From the NCBI RefSeq assembly GCF_009914755.1, contig NC_060926.1: a stretch of 64,000 nt of DNA; one strand, written 5' to 3'. This document shows, piece by piece, positions 15,656 to 33,539 of this stretch. The number at the start of each line of letters is the position of its first letter. Position 1 is the first letter of the stretch. The position numbers and the translations under genes were made by a program. The notes beneath the pieces are model-generated. The model had not been told where the DNA came from and ran no database searches. It was given only the letters and a program-made list of their open reading frames with translations. The DNA is from the human T2T-CHM13v2.0 reference genome, Homo sapiens.

Positions 15656-17358
15656 TAAAATATAATCAATAATCACTTTAACTGTAAATGACCTAAATAT
15701 ATCAATTAAAAGACAGAAATTTAAAAAGTGGGTATGTTGTCTACAAGAAATTATTATTAAATATAAAGACTCAGCTAGATTAAAAGTGAAAGAATGAAGA
15801 AAGGTATGCCTTGCTAATACTAGTCAAAGAAATTTGTCATACCTATTTTAATTTCAAACAAAGCAGACATTAGAGCAATGAAAATTATCAGGAAAAAGAG
15901 GAACGCTTTAAACTGATAAAGGGATTACTTCTCCAAGCAGTCACAGCAATCCTTAAGGAGTATGTAGCTAACAAGAGTATCAAAATACGAGAGGCAAAAA
16001 TTGGTATAACTACAAGAAAAATAGACAAGCCTACAGTTATAGTGGAAGACTGCCAATGCTTCTATTTTAGTAATTGATAGATCAGACAGACATAATATGA
16101 GTAAGGTTATAGTTGACCTGAAGAGCACCGGCATCAATTTTATCTAACTGACATCTATAGGCACTAAATTCAACAACAGCAGAGTATACGTTGTTCTCAA
16201 GTTCAAATGGAACATTCACAGGAAAAACCACAATCTGGGAAACTCAACACACATTACAAATTTTAAAAGAAGATAAATCATATAAAGCATATTCTTAGAC
16301 CACAATGTAATTAAACTGGAAATTAATACCAGAAAGCAAGCCAGAAAATTCCCAAATTTTGGAGGAAGAAAGTATACTTCTAATAACACATTGGTCAAAG
16401 AAGTCTCGAGAAAAATTAAAACATATTTTAAACAAAAAATAAAAGTGCTTTTTATCAAAACTTGTGGAATAGCAGAAATAATGATTAGAGAAAAATTTAT
16501 AGCATGGAATGCATGTATTAGAAAAGTAGAAGGATCTAAAACCATATTTCTCAGCTTCTACTTTAACAATCTCAAGAAGGAAAAGCAATATAACCCTAAA
16601 GCAAGATGGAGAAATAGAATAAATTAAAGCATAAATCAATGAAATAGAAACTGAAAACCAATAAAGAGAATCAACAAAGCTAAAAGCTGATTCTTTCCAA
16701 AGAGTAATAAAATCGATAAACCTCTAGACATAACAAAAAAAAATTTTAAGAGTCAAATTAATAATATTAGACATGAAAGTTGGGTCATTACTAATGATAT
16801 TATGAATAATAAAAAGAAAGTAAAAACTTTATTTCTAGCTAATATAAATGCCAACAAATTTGATAATTAAATGAAATGGACAAAATTCCTTAAAAGATAC
16901 AAACCACTAAAATTCACCCAAAGAGAAATAGATCATCTTAATAGCTTGTAACTGTTAAATAATTTAAATATATTATTAATAACCTTTCATAAGATAAAGC
17001 ACCTAGCCTAAATAGTTTCAGTGGTAAATTCTACTAAATATTTTTAAAAGAAATGATGTCAATTCTTCACAATCTCTTCCAAAAAGAAACTGGAGCAGAG
17101 GGAACACTTCCTAACAGAGCCAATGAGGCCAGCCTTCTCCTTACCAAAATCAGATAAGGTATTACAAGAAAAGAACAGTTACAGACCAATTTCTCCCATC
17201 AATATTGAAGCAAACAACCTTAGCAAAATATTAGCAAACAAAATCCAACAATATGTACAAATAAATTTTTGATATGGTTCAACATTAAAAAATCAATCAA
17301 TGTTGTAATCTATCATGCCAATACACTATAGAAGAAAGATCCTATTATCATCTCATTT

Positions 17359-17986
17359 TGGTACCAGAAAGGGGTCCATATCCAGACCCCAAGAGAGGGT
17401 TCTTGGCTCTCTCACAAGAAAGAATTCAAGGTGAGTCCATAGAGCAAAGTGAAAGCAAGTTTACTAAGAAAGTCAAAGGAATAAAGGAGTGGCTACTCCA
17501 TAGGCAGAGCAATGGCTTGAGCTACTCAACTGAGGACACTGTTACTTCTTGATTATATGCTAAAGGAGGGATTGATTATTCATGAATTTCCCAGGAAAGG
17601 GGTGGGCAACTCTTGGAACTGAGAGTTCCTCCCCTTTTAGACCATATAGGGTAACTTCTGAAAGTCGTTATAGCATCTATAAACTGTCATGGTAGTGGGA
17701 GTGTATTGTAGCTTGCTAATATATTATAATTAGCCTACAGTGAGCTGTGAGGACACCCAGAGGTCACTCTCATTGCCATCTTGGTTTTAGTGAGTTTTGG
17801 GTGTCTTCTTTACTGCAAGCTGTTTTATTCGCAAGGTATTTATGACCTATATCTGGTGCCAACCTCCTATCTCATCCTGTGGCTTAGAATGTCTAACCTC
17901 CTGGGAATGCAGTCCAGTAAGTCTCAGCCTTATTTTACCCAGCACTTATTCAAGATGGAGTTGCTCTGGTTCAAATGACTCTGACA
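17359..17986 (-). mobile_element. MER41B-type 3' LTR
   Basis: Minus strand begins tgtcagagtcatttgaaccagagcaactccatcttgaata and ends gacccctttctggtacca; preceded on the minus strand by PPT aaaagggaggcaggaaa. Confidence 0.9.
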
Positions 17987-18832
17987 TTTCCTGCCTCCCT
18001 TTTACAAGGGAACCCTTAATCCTAAGGATTGCAGATGTATGAAGATCCATCTTCTGTAACTTCTTCATGCTGAATAGGGGCAATTATATTCCTGCCTAAG
18101 TATTAGGGTCTTTTGTAATCAGGGTAGAGAGGAGCTCAGCCAGAAAGTGTTAGTATGGTAAGGGCCGTTCACAACTCTGAGTTCTGACAAAAGATGATAT
18201 CTGGAAGATTAATAGGTGTTCAGTTTAAGAAAACATTTGGTAAGCTTATCCTGCATTCCTACACAAAGAATACAATAGCAATATATTCCAAACAGCAAAG
18301 CAAAATTATCCCAGGGAAACTAAATAAGAAGGTTTTCCATGAACTGGGCAATTGTTGGAAACAGGCTGATATGGGGTTGCTAGCTGATTCCAAAAAGTGT
18401 GCAGAATTAGAATATTGATTCAGGTTTTTACATTACCCATCTCTCGTGTTTCTTCTGAGCAGCAGCCAGAGATCACTGGTTGGTTCACAGGAATAAGAAT
18501 TAGTTTAAATGGCAGACCAAAAAAACTCAAAAACAACTGATGAGACTAGAATCTAATAACAAGTGTGCCATATTCTTGAAATATAATTTTTTCTCTCCCC
18601 AATTTTCCATTTTTAAATTTATTTTTAAATTATACTTTAAGTTCTAGGGTACAAGTGCACAACTTGCAGGTTTGATACATAGGTATACATGTGCCATGTT
18701 GGTTTGCTGCACCCATCAATTCGTCATTTACATTAGGTATTTCTCCTAATGCTATCCCTCCTCCAAACCCCCACCCCCTGACAGGCCCTGGTGTGTGATG
18801 TTCCCCACCCTGTGTCCAAGGGTTCTCATTGT

Positions 18833-22662
<3,830 letters not shown>

Positions 22663-22725
22663 TATGATGTTTGCTGGTTATTTTGCCCATTAATTGATGC
22701 AGTTTCTTCATAGCATCGAAGGTCT

Positions 22726-23742
22726 TTACAATTAGGCATGTTTTTGCAGTGGCTGGTACTGGTTGTTCCTTTCTATGTTTAGTGTTTCCTTCAGGAGCTC
22801 TTGTAAGGCAGGCCTGGTGGTGACAAAATCTCTCACCATTTGCATGTCTGTAAAGGATTTTATTTCTCCTTCACTTATGAAGCTTAGTTTGGCTGGATAT
22901 GAAATTCTGGGTTGAAAATTCTTTTCTTTAAGAATGTTGGCCCCCCCTCTCTTCTGGCTTGTAGAGTTTCTGCCAAGACATCCACTGTTAGTCTGATGGG
23001 TTTCCCTTTGTGGGTAAACCGACCTTTCTCTCTGGCTTCCCTTAACATTTTTTCCTTCATTTCAACCTTGGTGAATCTGCCAATTATGTGTCTTGGGGTT
23101 GCTCATCTCGAGCAGTATCTTTGTGGTGTTCTCCGTATTTCCTGAATTTGAATGTTGGCCTGCCTTACTAGCTTGGGGAAGTTCTCCTGGATAATATCCT
23201 GAAGAGTGTTTTCCAGCTTGGTTCCATTCTCCGCATCACTTTCAGGTACACTCATCAGATGTAGATTTGGTCTTTTCACATAGTCCCATATTTCTTGGAG
23301 ATTTTGTTCATTTCTTTTTATTGTTTTTTCTTTAACCTTCTCTTCTCACTTCATTTCATGAATTTGATCTTCAATCAGTGATACCCTTTCCTCCACTTGA
23401 TCGAATTGGGTATTGAAGCTTGTGCATGTGTCATGAAGTTCTCGTGCCATGGTTTTCAGCTCCATCAGGTTATTTAAGGTCTTCTCTACATTGTTTATTC
23501 TAGTTAGCCATTTGTCTATCCTTTTTTCAAGATTTTTACCTTCTTTGCAGTGGATTTGAACATGATCCTTTAGCTCAGAGAAGTTTGTTATTAGCGACCT
23601 TCTGAAGCCTACTTCTGTCAACTTGTCAAATCATTCTCCACCCAGCTTTGTTCCACTGCTGGCGAGGAGCTGTGATCCTTCAGAGGAGAAGATGCACTCT
23701 GGTTTCTAGAATTTTCAGCTTTTCTGCTCTGGTTTCTCCCCA
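22726..23742 (-). pseudogene. Disrupted L1 ORF1
   Basis: atggggagaaaccagagcagaaaagctg at 23742; fragment LMELKTMARELHDTCTSF (23346-23621); frameshifted. Confidence 0.88.
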
Positions 23743-26700
23743 TCTTTGTGGTTTTATCTACCTTTGGTCTTTGATGTTGGTGACCTACGGATGGGGTTTT
23801 GGTGTAGATGTTCTTTTTGTTGATGTTGGTGCTATTTCTTTCTGTTTGTTAGTTTTCCTTCTAACAGTCAGGTCCCTCAGCTGCAGGTCTGTTGGAGTTT
23901 GCTGGAGGTCCACTCCAGACCCTGTTTGCCTGGGTATCACCAGTGGAGGCTGCAGAACAGCAATTATTTCAGAACAGCAAATATTGCTGCCTTATCCTTC
24001 CTCTGGAAGCTTCGTCCCAGAGGGGCACTCACCTATATGTGGTGTCTGTTGGCCCCTACTGGGAAGTGTCTCCCTGTTAGGCTACACAGAGGTCAGGGAC
24101 TCACTTGAGGAGGCAGTTTGTTCATTCTCAGAGCTCAGCAGCTATGCTGGGAGAGCCACTGCTCTCTTCAGAGCTGTCAGACAGGGATGATCCAATTTTC
24201 CATTTTTACTAAAGACAAATCATGGTAAGACCTATTTGCTTTATTATACTTGGCTATTTGTATAAAGTACAGCAAGGTCTTCTTAGCAGCCTGTAACTGT
24301 TAAAGAATTTAACAGTTGGCTTATTTGTATAAAGCACAGCAAGAATAATCATTTTTCACATAAAGTTTTTTTTGTTTGTTTTCTTTCTTTTTTTTTTTTT
24401 TCAGGTTGGCTTTATGGAACTTTGTTCTATGAAAGGAATCTTATATAAGACGTCTTTTGAAGCCAAGCCCAGCCATGGGTTTGTACCCTCAAATAGCTAT
24501 GAATTGAGTAGATTCCTCTCCTCTTGAGGTCCCAAGATAACTTGGGGCTCCTGGAACTGTCAGAAAGTGACATTCTCTACTCACCACAGGTCCCTGTACA
24601 GGGACTGTATAGGCAAGGTATGAGGCCAGAAAAAGATATACTTTATAATTTGATTTTGCAGTTTGTCAACTCTCAAAGGTTTAAGACATTTGATAGAAAA
24701 ATAGAATTTCAAGTCACCAAAAGTCACTCATTTAGCCAAAATGACAACTCAGATATTTTTCAAAAGCACGACTCTATACTCACTGAGAGAGGAGAGAATC
24801 AGCTTTCTAAACAAGACACAATAAAGACAGCATGATGCCAGCTGAATCTGTCTCTTCTCTCTCCCCTCCCTTTTTCCTTGTCATTTACCTAAAGACACAG
24901 CCAAAAACCTTTCATTATCTTTTAATATTACATGAAAGCCTTTTCAAAAGAGAAAACCAAATTTTATGTTTGCATTAGTGCATCTTTAATGATAAAGCTA
25001 GTTTGTAATAATATTGTATAAATGTAACCAGTTTTAAAAAGTTTGACCGTAAGTTATGATTTTCATAAAGCTCTTATAACTCTTTATAATTTTTGTTAAA
25101 CAGATCAATTGTCTAAGAAAACCTTGTTATTTGGCCACATGGGTTCAGATTCTGGCTCCAAATCAGTATGCTTTTATTTTAAGGTTTTAACCTACGGGGA
25201 AAACAAACCTAAATAATCCCCTTCAAATCTTAGCCAATTTGCTTATAGCCACAGAACCTTTTTTACAAGATCAACCCTTCACAAATCATTTTCAACTTAC
25301 TTTAAACACTCAGTTTTGTCCCCTTCTTTTAGGTTAAGGCAATCTTTAAAGCCCTCTGAACTAGACAAAATTACATTCCCTTTAACAAAATCTGTATTCC
25401 CATGCTTTTTTATAACCTCCCACCAAAACGTCATTCTATTTTCCTTCCATACTTTGCAAACTTGTATGTAAAACTTTTTACCCAGTAGTCCCAATCACAT
25501 GTTACAATGTTAACTCTTAGAAACTATTATTCTTGGTGAAAAACCTGATAAATAAGCAATTTTTATTATGTATTAGGTTTGGGGCCTAGGACATCAGACA
25601 GAACTGCAGATGAGGTCTGACTTTTTCCAGCATAGCTAGGGGGCACGGCTAACTCCACATATCTCCAGGACCTAATTAGAATCTAATGCTCCAAAGTAGG
25701 TAAATTGAACAATTTTCAAAAGTCAAAAAAGCAGTTTATGACCTTAAAGCCTTTTGCAACCTAATATCTGAGCTGCATAATTTAGACCAAATGTCCAAGT
25801 TTTTGAAGATATTTTGACCTATGGGGAAAAAAAAACTAAATAAACCCCTTCAAATCTTAGCCAACTTACTTATACCCATGGAACCTGTTTTAACAAGATG
25901 TTTGGAAATAAAGTAATCTTTGAGGAAATAAAGACAGTTTCTTTTTTTTCAAAACCCAATAATCTTTAAAATTGTCTTTATTTTCCCAAATATTACTTAA
26001 GTTACATGAACTAAAAGGCATTACAGTTTTAATTTTTCTGACAAAATATTTGATTTAAACTCTTATTATTTTTAAACCAATTACAAACACATTCATATGT
26101 AGACATCACACACAAAACATATACAAACACAGAAGAAGATCCGGCAGTTGTAAGATTTTTCATTTGCCAACTTCTTAATTGGATTACTGGCTTCAGGGTG
26201 GAGATCTTGCAGGAACAGGGTCAGGAAAGCATGCAGGTTCTAGAGCATAGTAAGCAGACACAGATAGAAGGCAATACAGATCCCCCCAAAATTAAGGGTC
26301 TAATTATTTTATAACAGATCCTGGATTCTCCCCAAAAAAGAAATACTATAGAACAAGACAGTACAATGATTTTATGGTGCATTTTATTGCCAAGCAACTC
26401 AAAGCCAATTAGCCCATTCTGTTATCAGCCCATCCCCTATGGGAGTCTTATCTCTCAGTGGGGGATGGGGGGAGGGTGGTGGATGGGGTCATCTTCATAC
26501 CTTCTAGGTGGCCAAGACCATGCTTCTCTGATCCAAATATTCAAAAAGCCAAGAAACCCCCCATAACTGCCATTAGTTATCCCCAATGCTCTTATTTCCT
26601 ATCTAGTTATTACACACCAAAGCTCTCTCAAAATGTGAAGTGATTTCTGATACCCCCAAAAGTAAAAATCATTAGATAATGCAATGCAAAATGGAACAGA

Positions 26701-26789
26701 GTCTTAGATTTTTGAGAGGAATGTATCTGTTTTTAATTCCTGGGTTTTCATGAGGAAAACAGAGGTTATTTGCCAAATGGGGTCTGTAG

Positions 26790-27145
<356 letters not shown>

Positions 27146-28299
27146 TATATCTGCTTTTAATTGAGCTAACTATTAACCATAGTGCCCTGTCAAGAAAAAA
27201 TATCTTTTAAAGTTTCTCATTGCTCCACTTTAGCCATGCTAAACTGCCAATATTTCTGGCTTTTGGACTTTGCTAAAGGTAACCTTCCAGGAGCTCAGAG
27301 AAAGGAATATTCAAGGTGGCTCATGGAGGGGAAGAGAATCAATAAATGGTAAAGGTCACAGATATGAAATGAGAAAAGACTCATTCCTTAAGCCAGGAAT
27401 GAACCCAGGCTGCCATTGTAAAATGGCAGAGGCTTAGCTACTAAGCTACAGCACTGGGCAGTCCCTATTGCCCTTCCCAGAAGGAGCCTAGAGCAGTCAA
27501 TTTTGAGCTTGCAAAAGCTTTTAACTGCTCAAGATAATTTTTAGGGCTATGACATGAACCCCCAAACTCCTGTCCTCTGGATGGCAGAGACCAAGAGAAA
27601 GTACCACTATGTGGTTATAAGGTTAAACTCCCAAGGACATTTTTCAACATGTGGTCCCTGGCAAGATGGTCACCCTGAGTAACAGAAAAGATAGGAAAGG
27701 GAAAGGAGAGAAAGAGAGAGAGAAAAACATTCCCTGCAGCAGGCTGGGGAAGGAAAAGAGTTCAGGGAGGCCAGAGAAAGACCCATCCATTGCAGCAACA
27801 CTGAAAAGTTTAGGCAACCACTTATCAGTTGTGAAGGGATCTTTTCCAGCTGTCTTATCAGCTCTTGAGTTTCCCCTTTTGGGGAGAAAAAAGCTCCCCA
27901 AGTCCTATAATTCTGTACTTGCCTAATCCTGTCACCCACAGGCATCAGCAAAGAGTTCAAGGCAAATTAATACAAAGAGAATAGCCATTAACATCCCATA
28001 GTACTGAACCTGTTCTTAGCCAAGAGGGACTTTATTGAGAGGGACTTCTAACCCACTAAATCTTAGGAAGGACTCTAACCTTCCTAAGTTGGCACTCGAA
28101 CTCAAGTTTGGTCAAGTGTCCTCGCCTTTTATTAAGAGGGGCCTTTAACCCTCTCTGACTTAGGAGAGACTTTAATTCCCCTAAATTGGGCCTCTAACCC
28201 AATCCCATCCACTACCTGGGTAAATGCACCCCACTTACTCAAAGTCTTCCAATTGGTGCTGCAGTCTATTTCCTTGGAGTTGAGGGTCTCCTCAGTATC

Positions 28300-28317
28300 G
28301 TCCCTTCATGGTCTCCA
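28300..28317 (-). promoter_or_regulatory. Retroviral primer-binding site (tRNA-Arg-like)
   Basis: Plus strand gtcccttcatggtctcca matches the recalled tRNA-Arg(TCG) 3' end gtcccttcgtggtcgcca at 16/18; lies 6 nt inside the 5' LTR. Confidence 0.7.
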
Positions 28318-28323
28318 GAAAGA

Positions 28324-28952
28324 TATTACCAGAAAGAGGTCCTGATCCAGACCCCAAGAGAGGGTTTTTGGATCTCACACAAGAAAGAATTCGAGGCTAG
28401 TCCATGGAATAAAGTGAAAGCAAGTTTACTAGAAAAGTAAAGGAATAAAGAATGGCTACTTCTAGCCAAAGCAGCCCTGAGGGCTGCTGGTTGCTCATTT
28501 TTATGGGTATTTCTTGATTATATGCTAAACAAGGGGTGGATTATTCATGAGTTTTCCAGCAAAGGGGTGGGCAATTCCCAGAACTGTGAGTTCCTCCCCT
28601 TTTTAGACCTTACAAGGTAACTTCCTAAAGTTGCAACATTTGTCGATTGTGGTGGTGCTAGGGAGAGTGTCTTTTAGCATGCTAATGCATTATAATTAGC
28701 ATATAATGAGCAGTGAGGACCATCAGAGGTTACTTTTGTTGCCATCTTGGTTTTGGTGGGTTTTGGCTGGCTTCTTTATTGCAACCCGTTTTATCAGCAA
28801 GGTCTTTATAACCTGTATCTTGTGCGGATTGCCTATCTCATCCTGTGATTTAGAATGCCCAACTTCCTGGGAAAGCAGCCCAGTAGGTCTCAGCCTTATT
28901 TTACCTAGCCCTTATTCAAGATGGAGTTGCTCTGGTTCAAAAGGCTCTGACA
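28324..28952 (-). mobile_element. MER41B-type 5' LTR
   Basis: Minus strand begins tgtcagagccttttgaaccagagcaactccatcttgaataag; homologous to 17359-17986; followed by the PBS. Confidence 0.9.
28575..28583. promoter_or_regulatory. Intact GAS (STAT1-type) motif in the MER41 5' LTR
   Basis: TTCCCAGAA fits TTC-N3-GAA at the position of the MER41B tandem GAS; the partner site at 28554-28562 is TTCCAGCAA (broken). Motif only, function not shown. Confidence 0.55.
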
Positions 28953-30264
28953 AGTTGAGTAGAAAAAGTATTTGACAAAATATACCACCCATTTCTAATA
29001 AAAACTCTCAGCAAACAGAAAATAGATGGAAATCTACTTAACTTGATAAAGTTTATATAAAAATATTCTGTAATTGACATGATTCTTAATGTTGAAAATC
29101 TGGATGCTTTTCCCCTAAGATCAGGAACAAAGCAAGGATGTCTTTTTGAACCACTCCTATATAATATCACACTGAAAGTCCTAGCTACTGCAATAAGACA
29201 ATAAAAACATATAAAACATATACAGATTGGGAAGAAAGATTTAAAGCAGCATTTCTTTGAAGATTATTGACCTGATTTTCTACGTAGCCTATCTAAAGAA
29301 AGGGCAAAATAACTCCTGGAACTGATAAGCGAATATACCAAACAGGCAGGATACTAAGTTAATATAAAAAAGTCAGTTCTTTTTTTTAATATTCAAGTAA
29401 TGAACAACTGGAGTCTGAAATTTTTAAAAGAGTACCATTCTAAGTAGTACCAAAATAATGAAATACTTAAAGGTCTAAATCTAACAAAATATGTCAAGGA
29501 AATAGATACAGAAAACTACAAAACTCTGATGAAAGAAATCGAAGAAGATCTAAATAAACAGAAAAGTATTTCATGTTAATGTGGTAGAAGACTCGATGTT
29601 GTTGAGTAATTCTGCTCAACTTTATGTATTGAACACAATCTCAATCACAATTTCAGCAAGCTATTTTGTAGGTATCAATAAAATGACTCAATGCTTTACA
29701 TGAAAAGGCCAAAGACTGAAAAATCCAATGACATACTGAAGAAGAATAAACTTGAAAGAATCACACTATCAATTTTGAGAATTACTATAAAGCTAGAGTA
29801 GTCAAGAAAGAATTGGTATTCGTGAAATAATAGACATTCAGATCAGTTGAACAGAAGGGAGAGCCCAAAAATTGGCCCATACAAATGTAGCCCACTGATT
29901 TTTGATAAAGAAGTGAAGTTAATTCAATAAAGGGTTCCAGAAAATTTGGATGAACCTAGACACAGACCTCACACCTTTTACAAAAATTGTCATAGTAGAT
30001 CACAGACTTAAATGAAAATGAAAAACTATAAAACTTGTACAATAAAATAGAAGAAAATCTGAAAGATCTTGGGATTGGTGATGTGTTTTTATGTAGAATA
30101 GACTTCTTTTAATAATATAGCATCACTACTGGTGTATTAATTATAACAAATGTAATGTGAGATGTTTATAAGAGAGGAGATGGCTTGTGGGGTATATGGG
30201 AACTCTGTACTATCTTCACTATTTTTCTATAAATATAAATTTATTCTAAGAAGTCTATTTTTAA

Positions 30265-30265
<1 letters not shown>
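28953..30265 (+). mobile_element. Old L1M, 3' part (ORF2 RT region and L1MC-type 3' end)
   Basis: agaaaaagtatttgacaaaat, ttttcccctaagatcaggaacaaagcaaggatg; 3' end gggtatatgggaactctgtactatcttc. Confidence 0.82.
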
Positions 30266-30738
<473 letters not shown>

Positions 30739-31459
30739 AGCAACTTTTTTTTTAAAGGGAGCAAGTGAGTGGGCAGTGCAATAAGAGCTTATCAGTTAAG
30801 GGAAGTTCTAAAAAGGAAGCAAAGCATTTTACTAAGAAAGTCATTCCTTTGTTTTTCTGAAGCAAGTTCTTAGCTTGGGGAGGGGGTGCTGGGTCCTTCC
30901 TATATAGCTTATCAGCTTCTTGTTGCTTTTGAAGGGAGTTGTAAAGGTAGAAGTTTATTTTCAGATCAACAAGACTGTAGGATGCAAAGTGGGAACCAAA
31001 TACATGGGGAGTATCCTCTAGAACTTAATCAGGAAATTCCAACAAAATATACAGCAGCCTTCTAGGATTGAATGGACAGTTATTCTAGTGAAGGTTTTAA
31101 TTAAGAATGTCTATGTGTGTGAACATCTACCCATACTGAAATTTGTTTTCTTCTGATACTTACTTTCCAGAATTTCATACTGTCTAAGTAATAGGGAAAA
31201 ATCTAGGTGTGTAACAGGGGAATGTCTCTGTTCTGGTACAGACTAAAGATTTTTCTCTTCATCTGGGTTCTCCTGATCCTCATTTTGTATGTATTACTGT
31301 TCTAGCATACACTTAACGCTGTTCTAGTCTACACTGTTCTATGCCCAAGTGTTCTTCTCATTATGAACTACAGAGAAATCCTAGTTCCTAGCTTCTCAGA
31401 TTGCAAATCCTTCTAGTTCCAACTACTCTCCTCTAGTTCTGTCTATTACAGTACCACTG

Positions 31460-31849
31460 GTATCTTGGCTGTTTCTGAAATACACCAGGCATACTGCGGC
31501 TTCAGGGCATTGCTATTCGTTTGTGATATGCTCTGCCCCCATATATACACATAGTCCTTCTTTCAGCTGTTTTCTCAAAAGTCACCTTCTCAGCCAGGCT
31601 TGCCCAAGCCACACTATTTCATTGCACCACTACCCTGGGCATTCCTTTTCTATTCCTTTATACCTTATTTTTCATCTTTAAAAATAATGACTAGTAAACT
31701 TTAACTTTCTCTTATTATCTTCGTTATTTTATGTCTCACTAGCTGGTATAAACATTGCATGAGGGTTTCTTTTCTGTATCCTCAGTGTATAAAAGTGCCT
31801 CGCACATAGGAGGTTCTCCCTAAACAAGTCTGTTGAATTGATGAATGAA
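31460..31849 (+). mobile_element. L2 LINE 3' region
   Basis: tacaccaggcat...cagggcattgc...gtcaccttctcag...gtgcctcgcacatagg...ttgaattgatgaatgaa. Confidence 0.7.
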
Positions 31850-32215
31850 TTTTAAATAGCCCAGTTCTCATTAACTCATGGACTAGAATAACTATCAGTT
31901 ACTGAATGTTCTAAAATAACATATATCTGTTTTTCCAACATCTGAACTTTCTAATGTTGCTTCTTTACCAAATGTCCAGTTTGTCTGTGTTCCACTGTGG
32001 CAAATGGGTGTGGGCTGGGTTGTCATAACCTGGAGCAGCTCCAGAATTCCCATATGGGAGAAGCTTAGAGGCAACAGTAGTAGAGGAGCTAACAAAGGAA
32101 AAATTCATTCAGAGAAACTTGTAGGAGGTAGGAAGAATTAAGTATGAAAAGATAATTTGGAGTTATATTTTGGAAAGTAAAATGTCCTTCATGTTACACT
32201 CACAGAACAACCATA

Positions 32216-33539
32216 TGAGGGATCTACAAAAAGTTCACATGAAATGTATATTATGAGAAAACTATGCATGGATTTTGATGGGTTTTGACATATTTTTGCA
32301 CCAAAATAAACTCGTACTAACTTGTTATAGCATAGCTGAACAGGAACTTGTTTGAGGCACTAAGAAGGCTAAGCCAGCAGTTTGAAAAGAGCACCTATCA
32401 GAACATGAATCCCATTAAATTTGAAGCAAGAACAAAATCATATTTATGTTGAAGCTTAGGTTCAAGAAAGGTGAAATCATTGATGCTTTACAAAAAGTTT
32501 ATGGAGACAGTGTCCCAAAGAAATCAGCAATCTGCAAACGAATAACCCATTTTGAGAAAGGACAAGACAATGTTGAAGATGAAGCCCTCAAAGGCAAACC
32601 ATCCACATCAATTTGTGAGAAAAAAAACCTCACATCTTTTTCATCTTGTTCATGCCCTCATTGAAGAGGACCACAATGAACAGCAGAAACAATAGCCAAC
32701 ACCATAGACTTCTCACTTGGTTTAGTTTACACAATTCTAACTGAAAAATTAAAGTAGATCAAACTTTCCACTCGAAGGCTGCCAAAACCGTTGTGACCAG
32801 ATCAGCTGCAGACAAGAGCAGAACTTTCAACAAAAACTGTAAACAAGCTGGATCAAGATCCTGAAGCATTTTCTTCAAAGAACTGAAACAGAAAATGGAG
32901 CCTGGCTTCATCAGTACAATCCTGAAATCAAAAGCACAAAGCAATGGCTACCAAGAGGTGGAAGCAGTCCAGGCAAAGCAAAAGAAGACCAGTCAAGAAC
33001 AAAGGTCATGGCAACAGTTTGTGTGGATGCTCAAGTTACTTTGCTTGTGAATGCCTTTGAGAGCCAAGGAACAATAACATCTGCTTATGATGAGGGTGTT
33101 TTGAGAAACTTAGCCAAAACCTTAGCAGAGAAATGCCCAGGAAAGCTTCACCAGAGAGATCTGCTTTGCCATGACAACGCTTCTGCTCATTCCTCTCATC
33201 AAGCAAGGGCAATTTTGTAGGAGTTCTGATGGGAAATCATTAAGCATTCACCCTGTGGTCCCGATTTGGTTCCTTCTGATCTATTTTTTGTTTCCAAACC
33301 TTAAAAAAAATCTTTAAAGGGTACCCATTTTTCTTCAGTTAATAATGTAAAAAAGACTATATTGACATGCTTAAATTCCCAGGACCTTCGAGTCTTTAAG
33401 GATGGGCTTATTGGCTGGCATCATTGCTTACAAAAATGTGTTGACCCTGATGCAGCTTAAGTTGAAATATAGGGTTTATATTTTGGAAATGTTTATCTTT
33501 TAATTCCATTTTTTCAACAAACTTTAAAAAGTTCCCTTG
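32216..33539 (+). mobile_element. Full-length HSMAR2 mariner DNA transposon (defective transposase)
   Basis: TIRs tgagggatctacaaaaagttc / aactttaaaaagttcccttg with flanking TA on both sides; transposase from ATG 32405 (fragments GEIIDALQKVYGD, HDNA, PDLVPSD) with frameshifts and stops. Confidence 0.92.
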
